DNA of 64,000 nucleotides from Nemertoderma westbladi. Taxonomy: Eukaryota; Animalia; Xenacoelomorpha. Below, one piece after another: positions 57,528 to 64,000 of this stretch (positions are counted from its first letter, which is position 1; every line of letters begins with the position of its first letter). The notes under the pieces are model-generated. The model made no database searches and was not told the DNA's origin. It was given only the letters and a program-made list of their open reading frames with translations. The stretch spans positions 62,001 through 126,000 of the forward strand of contig JAUCBJ010006766.1 in the NCBI GenBank assembly GCA_032718475.1, written 5' to 3'. The position numbers and the translations under genes are program-made.

Positions 57528-60500
57528 ATGAAAAATGAAATCGGCCTACCATTTCGAAAACGAGAACCTAGATTTATAAATAACAGACCCTTGGCAGAGA
57601 AAAGAATCGCTCAATTACATCGACGCCTTACGGCTAATGCTTCAGCTAAAGAAATGTACCAAACTCAGTTGAAGAAATTTATTACAAAGGGATACGCGGA
57701 GCGAGTACCGGAAGGAACACCAGTGACTGAGAGAACGTATTACTTAACACATCATTACGTTCCCAAACCCGGTAAACCCCATGAAGTACGAGTCGTATTC
57801 GATGGCTCCGCTCTATATATGGGCCAATCCCTCAATTCCGAGTTGTTACCAGGACCCAACTTACTCCAATCTTTGTTGGGAATACTTTTAAGATTAAGAC
57901 AATATTCCATCGCGTTCGCCTCCGATATAGAAGGAATGTTCCTACAAGTCAAGGCGCTGGATAGAGATAGAGACAGCCTAAGATTTCTGTGGTGGCCTGA
58001 AGGAGATCTCAACCAGAAACCGGTAGAGTACTGGATGACCATCCAGGCTTTTGGGATCATATCAAGCCCTTCCAACGCCTGCTCCGTGGTGCGAACCACT
58101 GCGAATGACAACCGAGACGCCTTCTCCAAAGAGGTGATAGATAACATCAAGCGCGATATATACATGGATGACAATTTAAAGTCCCTTCCATCAGTAGAAG
58201 AAGCCATTGATGTCGCGAAAGGAACGGTAGAGTGTTTGAAAAGAGGTGGATTTCGACTGACGAAATTCACTAGCAACTCCCGTGAGTTTCTGGAAGCGAT
58301 ACCGGTAGAAGACCGAGGAACGAAAGACCTAGACTTAATAAAGGACGATCTTCCAGAAACCAAGACGCTTGGCTTGAAGTGGGACACTGAAAGAGATATC
58401 CTGTTTTTTCAGCTAAAACAGCGAGATAATCCAGTTCGGACCAAACGGATTTGTTTAAGTATCCTGAGCACTTATTTCGACCCATTGGGATTTATTAGCC
58501 CAGTTATATTGATTGCTCGGAGTTTAGTACAACAAATGTGGCTTGAAAACCGCTCATGGGACGATCCACTTAAGGGAGAACTGTTAAAGAAATGGATGAA
58601 ATGGGAAGATTCTCTACCTGCCATCGAGAGCTTTGTAATTTCCCGTGCATATTTTGGTCATGTTCTCCCTACTTATTCCTATCAACTCCATGTGTTTGGA
58701 GACGCCAGCGACATGGGAATAGGTATAGTAGCATATCTGCGAGTCGAAACTCCGGATGGAATCAAAGTCGCCTTGGTTACCTCTAAGGCATTGATTAACA
58801 ACAAGTTAAAGGTTCCTCGAGCGGAGTTAAAAGCGGCTTTATACGCTACAGCCATCGGCCGGAACGTAACAGAACAAATCGACTATCCACTGGAGAAAAC
58901 TGTTTATTGGACCGACGCTTTACTCGTGTTGGAGTATATAACCAATGAAGTCTGTCAGTTCAGCGTTTTTGTTACTAACAGAGTAGCCATTATTCTTAGT
59001 CGCACAAAGATAGATCAATGGAGACATTGCCCCGGTACGATTAATCCAGCCGATATCGCCTCCAGGGGAGCAACTCCACAGGAACTGATAGATACTCCAG
59101 ACTGGTTGGGTGGACCCGACTTCCTGAGCAAGGAAGAGGATGAATGGCCTCCTCACCTTACTACGGCGGAAATTAGACAAGCCAAGGGAGCGGAGAAAGT
59201 CAAACCTAAAACCCGGGCGAGTAAATCGAAGTTATTTAAACCGACTATCGATCTATCTGTATTACATACTTCCGGAAACGATGCTTCGGATCCGCAATCC
59301 CTCGCCACAAATAAGTCTGTTGTGGAAATTAGAGATAGAGATTGGAAATCTGGAATACCAGACGTCTCGCAAGGAATCTCACCCCTGCTGCAGAGAGCAA
59401 TGCATCACTACAGTTCCTGGAATCGGCTCTGTAAAGCCGTCACGTATTTAAGGAGATGTTTTCATCATCACTACTCCAGGACGAAGACCATTAGTGATAC
59501 CGCTCCATTGACATCTGCGCAAGTTCATGTTATTAAAAATTTACCCAAATATAAGACATCCGACCGGTTTCTAAAGGAAAAAATCAGTTACAAGGAGCAT
59601 GAAGAAACCAATAAGCAGATACTGAGACTCCTGCAATGCTATGAGGATTCCGATAAGTATTTCCTGTTGTTGAGAAATCCGCAGATGCGCTTAAGGGATC
59701 GCTTCTCTAGCACAATGATAGATGGGTTAATACGTGTTGGAGGAAGGCTCACCAATGCGCCATTATCCTTTGACACTAAATTCCCCATACTCATTAGAAA
59801 TCTTGAAGTACAAATCAAGATGATTGTAGATGTTCACAGTAAACTTTATCATGCTGGTAGAGAACGAGTTCTTAGCGAAATCCGAACTCGCTATTATTTT
59901 TATAAACCCCCAAGTTCTTAGGAACTGCATACCCTGTAGGAAAGCATTCAGTAGGCCTTTAACACAGCGAGAGGCAGAATTACCTAGGGAACGAGTAAGC
60001 TTCTATGAACCACCTTTTACTAATACTGGTGTAGATTTATTTGGCCCTATTGAAGTATATCGTGCTAGGACTATAGTCAAGAGATGGTGTGTCATCTTCG
60101 TATGCATGACTTGTAGAGCCATCCATCTCGATATGGTGAACGATCTATCTACCAACAGCTTCGTCTTAAGTTTACGCCGACAGATCGCTCGCTTCGGGAC
60201 GAGTAATACCTTGAGATCGGATAAGGGAACGAACTTCATTGGTGCCAACAACAAAATACAGGCTTACGTGAAGGACTGGAACCAAAGACAGGTGGACGAT
60301 CAGCTAAGGATAACAGCGTCTAGCTGGACCTTCAACGCCGCCGACGCCCCTTGGTGGGGAGGAAGTTGGGAGAGATTAATTAGAAGTGTCAAGACCGCAT
60401 TTCACTTTATAGTGCCATGCCGCGCTTATCTCACCGACGAACTTTTGCGGACGTTAATGGAGGAAATAGCTGCCTATCTCAACGAGAGACCGCTTATGCC

Positions 60501-61032
60501 AGTCTCATCGAGTCCCGACTCCCTGGAAGCGTTAACACCCGCGCACTTCCTACTGAAGAAACCTGTAGCCATGCTCCCACGATCGGAGATTGCCGACGGA
60601 GACGAATACTGCCGTCGAACTTGGCAACTTATGCAGTTGCTATCCCGTCGTTTCGCTGACCATTTCGAGAAACATTATCTGCCCACGCTACAACTTCGAA
60701 CTAAGTGGTTTGCGCAGCAAGAAAACGTCAGCGCCGGAGATATGGTGCTTATTGTAGATTCAGACCTTCCACGTAAACGGTGGCAGACAGGTCGTATCAT
60801 CGAGACTCACATCTCGGATGATGGTTTAGTACGCTCGGTAGAACTCGTCGTCATGCGGCGTAACTTCAAGAAGCCAGGCATAATCTTTGAGACGCAACAA
60901 CTCAACCGCCCAGTTGGTCGTTTATGTTTACTGGAAAGAGACAGAGAACTCTCCGGAAACTATGGAAGGCAAGACACTCTTCCCACGACCACCTCCCTAA
61001 TTCCTCAAACATCTAGGGACTCCCCAACGTGA
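57528..61032 (+). pseudogene. pol: Bel/Pao pol (RT-RNase H-integrase), frameshifted near 59900, protease missing
   Basis: RT: RVVFDGS, SLNSELLPGPNL, SDIEGMFLQV, FGIISSP, YMDD; RNase H: LHVFGDAS, PRAELKAA, YWTDA, NPADIASRG; IN: H..HAGRE, CIPCR, GVDLFGP, SDKGTNF, GGSWERLI, LTPAHFL. Confidence 0.92.
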
Positions 61033-62655
61033 TACGTCTGGAGTGGGTGCATGACTATATTATTCTATCTATTTTATTATATTTTTATATGCGAACTTTA
61101 TTATGTACTTTATTATAATCGTTTTATTTAATTTTATTTAGTAGAATGTTATTTTAGATTATTTAGTAGGCTAGTGCAATATATTAGTGTTTATTACGTA
61201 ATTACATATATATAATATATATTTAGTGTGACGGCGAGAAATAATTTTTCTTTTTCCTTACTGTCCGTATCATATTATAAATACGTGACTACAGTAAGAT
61301 GAAATGTCCGTACTTATTAAAGTACAATAAAGCCACGACTATATTCAAGTATTATTGGTAGGCAGAGTATTAGGAATGCAAAGTTCAGATCCTTGTGTCT
61401 CGGCTAAACCAAGCTCTGGGTAGACCTTGGAAACGACTTGCCTCTTCACACTGACATTGCTTCGTGCGATATTGCTCTTCTACCTTATATTAAATAATAC
61501 ATATAGTAGCGTGATGTCCCTCTAACAGTAGCGTAAAACGCAAATAAATCTGTTAAACCTTTTGACCATCTGTAATTCTAGTCGATTAAGATATCGCGGC
61601 ACCCACCGATATACTTGAAAGACAAATTCTAGAATCAGTGGTTAACGTCCCCAGACAAGTTCTGGAATAAATCGGTGCCCATCTTAAATATTAATTTAAT
61701 ATTTATTAAAATCTGTAAAATTCAGATCCTTTAAAATTTCTAGTCAATTAAGATATCGCAGCACTTACCGATACTCTTAAAAGACAATTTTATAGAATTA
61801 AGGATCTTAGGTCCCCAGACATGCTCTGAAATAAAAATTGTGTCAATTTTAACATCAAATAATAAAATTCACGGGAATCAATTTAAATTCATATTTTAAA
61901 TGAATTTCATAAATTGTCATTTTGTGCAATTTATAACATTCCCAAAATTCCATTAATTAATAGATCATGGGAGCGGAGATTCATCCTATTGAGTGTATTA
62001 GAGTGCGAGAATCTCCAACATATAGTCAATAGCCAATAAAAATTAATAAAATCATGCATAGAGAGGATATTGACAATTAAAGAATTACTATTAAATAGCA
62101 TTCCAGATCTGTATGCATGAGAATTACCCTAATTCTACCGCTAGCTTTCCATAATGTCACCATAGCAACACCCACGCTAGAATTAGAAGCAAGTTAAAAG
62201 AACCATAGAAAGCTTGTCCCATTGCATAGCATAGAGAATACATAGCACACTGTTAGTATCCAAGGATACACAGTAATAACGTGACATTCTGGAAGGCACT
62301 GACTAACGGACAAATGGCCTGTATGTGTACAATTGGTGACAGTTGTGTGGAATTTGTGCGTTTATAGGTGAATGTTACTGCTAAAGTATGTTTACAGTAG
62401 CTAGTCGCAATTGTGAAAGTAACCCAACTCTCCTATAGAAAGAACCTAAAGTGGATCCAAGCCTTTGGGACGGACAGTGGAGTGACTTGTGCCGGTTATC
62501 GTTGTCGTGCTGTTGCTACATGTTGGCGTAAACACCGCGACGACGGTACATCGGCGCTGAGAATCCCACTGTCCGGGGGCAACGAGAGGTAGGCAGCGAC
62601 GCCCGCTAGCCTAAACATAAACTCATTTGGATATTAATAAACTCAGATAGCAGAT

Positions 62656-64000
62656 ATGACGGAGTTGATAGAAGATGATCTTGGTATTAGGGAGCGATAT
62701 ACTCTACCTTTACAAGCATTTGTGGATAGCTTAATACGCGGTGAAGCCGATCCAACCATTACGGAGGACGATGGTCGTTATATCGAACCGCCGATGTCCC
62801 AAGAGCAACTTACGCGTGAATTGGACTATCGAAAATTCACCGCTCGCTATACGAATCGTAATGGTACGTATATGGACTTCTTAACTACCGGCTATCCTAT
62901 CGATTTACATGATACGGACGATGTAGACACAGAAAGGGAAATGGTTCTATTTAAATATCATACCCAGCGGAGTCGTAACGATAAACCGAGAATAGAACAC
63001 GAAAATTCTATTCGTAACAGACTGGAAAGAGAAAACGTTGAAGAACCGGATAAGCGCATCGACTTCAACGACTACCTGGAATTTTTGAGAGAAACTTATC
63101 TCAACATCACCAGTCAGCAGAACCTAGAGACTCGATATCCTCAAGGTATACATCATGACCCTATGGTAGAACTCAAACGGCTCTATTTCACTATGATGTA
63201 CCTTACCGCCAATCGTCCACTACCTGTTATCCCGGATAGTTTTGAACAAATGGAAGAATATTGCAAAACTGGAGAACGATCACCCGCGTTTCCTCTACAG
63301 GATGTACGTCTTTGGTATTATTGTGACGAATGCCCTAGACCCAACCAACAAACTGAAAGACATAAACATCCGCGGAGACGTTGCGCTAAACACAGCTTTA
63401 CGCATTATACTTACGGGAGTTTCGAGCGAAACCTGTTCGACGTATCACCTACGATCGCTCGTCTTAAACGATCACTAAATAAACCTATGATCAGAGTTCC
63501 GGAATACTCGGTCAGGCCTCCTCATTCCTTAGTGAGACCTCAAACTCTTGATCCTAACAGTATCACTGATCCTCCCGAACTATATTCCCTGTTCAAAGAC
63601 TTAGTGTTACCCGAACAATTAATCGGTGGTGCTCCGGTAGTGGGTTCGTTAGACATTCGCCCATCCTACTTAGCCGGATTGGGACGCGGGCAGCTAATAT
63701 CGCCATTTGATCCTTACAATCGTCCAGGATTAAACCCGATGCAACCCGCCACGGAAGTCGAGGAGAGCGTTATAAGAAACGCTTTAGACGCCATTCGACA
63801 GAAGATCGGAAAGGGAACACAAGATTGTTTAGAGAAACGTAAATTACAACAACAAGTCCAATCGGTGAAGGAGTTAGCCTTGCCACAGTTCGATAGAGAA
63901 ATCCAAAACCTCGAGGAGGACATCGAGCTTGGACGCACGTATTCTCTACAAGAGTTTTTAGATGAACGCTTACAGAGACAAGCGGAAGAAAATCTACTCG
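62656..64000 (+). CDS. Unannotated intronless ORF, at least 448 codons, open to the window end; candidate accessory ORF of the Bel/Pao element
   Basis: Hand translation from ATG 62656 (MTELIEDDLGIRERYTLPLQAF...LDERLQRQAEENLL) has no stop in 1345 nt; absent from the ORF track because it has no stop codon. Confidence 0.75.
   Translation, partial: MTELIEDDLGIRERYTLPLQAFVDSLIRGEADPTITEDDGRYIEPPMSQEQLTRELDYRKFTARYTNRNGTYMDFLTTGYPIDLHDTDDVDTEREMVLFKYHTQRSRNDKPRIEHENSIRNRLERENVEEPDKRIDFNDYLEFLRETYLNITSQQNLETRYPQGIHHDPMVELKRLYFTMMYLTANRPLPVIPDSFEQMEEYCKTGERSPAFPLQDVRLWYYCDECPRPNQQTERHKHPRRRCAKHSFTHYTYGSFERNLFDVSPTIARLKRSLNKPMIRVPEYSVRPPHSLVRPQTLDPNSITDPPELYSLFKDLVLPEQLIGGAPVVGSLDIRPSYLAGLGRGQLISPFDPYNRPGLNPMQPATEVEESVIRNALDAIRQKIGKGTQDCLEKRKLQQQVQSVKELALPQFDREIQNLEEDIELGRTYSLQEFLDERLQRQAEENLL

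Larger units (their letters stand above)
51892..64000 (+). mobile_element. Bel/Pao LTR retrotransposon, defective, probably running past the window end
   Basis: Gag, RT, RNase H and IN in Bel/Pao order (see ORFs). Left boundary is only inferred from a TGTT start at 51892; no second LTR or PBS identified in the window. Confidence 0.75.

Noticed and set aside
55189-60659. Antisense and overlapping small ORFs within gag-pol
   Set aside because: Shadow ORFs of the retroelement coding strand with no independent motifs.
61033-61300. PPT plus 3' LTR immediately after pol (GGAGTGGGTGCA|TGACT...)
   Set aside because: The following sequence does not match anything I can see upstream of gag, so no LTR pair can be supported.

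Overview
AT-rich eukaryotic (invertebrate animal-like) genomic DNA with spliceosomal introns. (1) The minus strand from ATG 45569 to beyond position 1 carries one giant secreted SCO-spondin/gel-forming-mucin-like gene. I could join 38 GT-AG exons with fully consistent phases (7002 nt, 2334 codons, 3' end outside the window): signal peptide, EMI-like, 3x(vWD-C8-TIL), LDLa cluster, then divergent discoidin/F5-8C-like modules alternating with Pro/Thr-rich segments including (GTPPP)x73. (2) Five tandem duplications in this gene (units 64, 63, 49, 29 and 110 bp; 2 to ~136 copies) straddle an exon-intron junction, so the introns hold over 200 near-perfect decoy copies of real splice sites. This is the most unusual signal in the window. 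(3) An intronless GH3-family (GHDC-like) acyl-adenylate ligase gene sits antisense in the last visible intron. It is split by a 2155-bp hAT-type insertion (8-bp TSD) that could be spliced out in frame. (4) A small divergent multi-exon plus-strand gene (47718-51913) is followed by a defective Bel/Pao LTR retrotransposon. Downstream of pol is an intact, unannotated ORF of at least 448 codons (62656 to the window end). (5) There are many MITEs, tiny P-element-like palindromes, and a SINE whose internal UUCG-hairpin segment is amplified about 95 times. No CRISPR, rRNA or convincing tRNA genes. Family assignments rest on motif recognition, not database searches.
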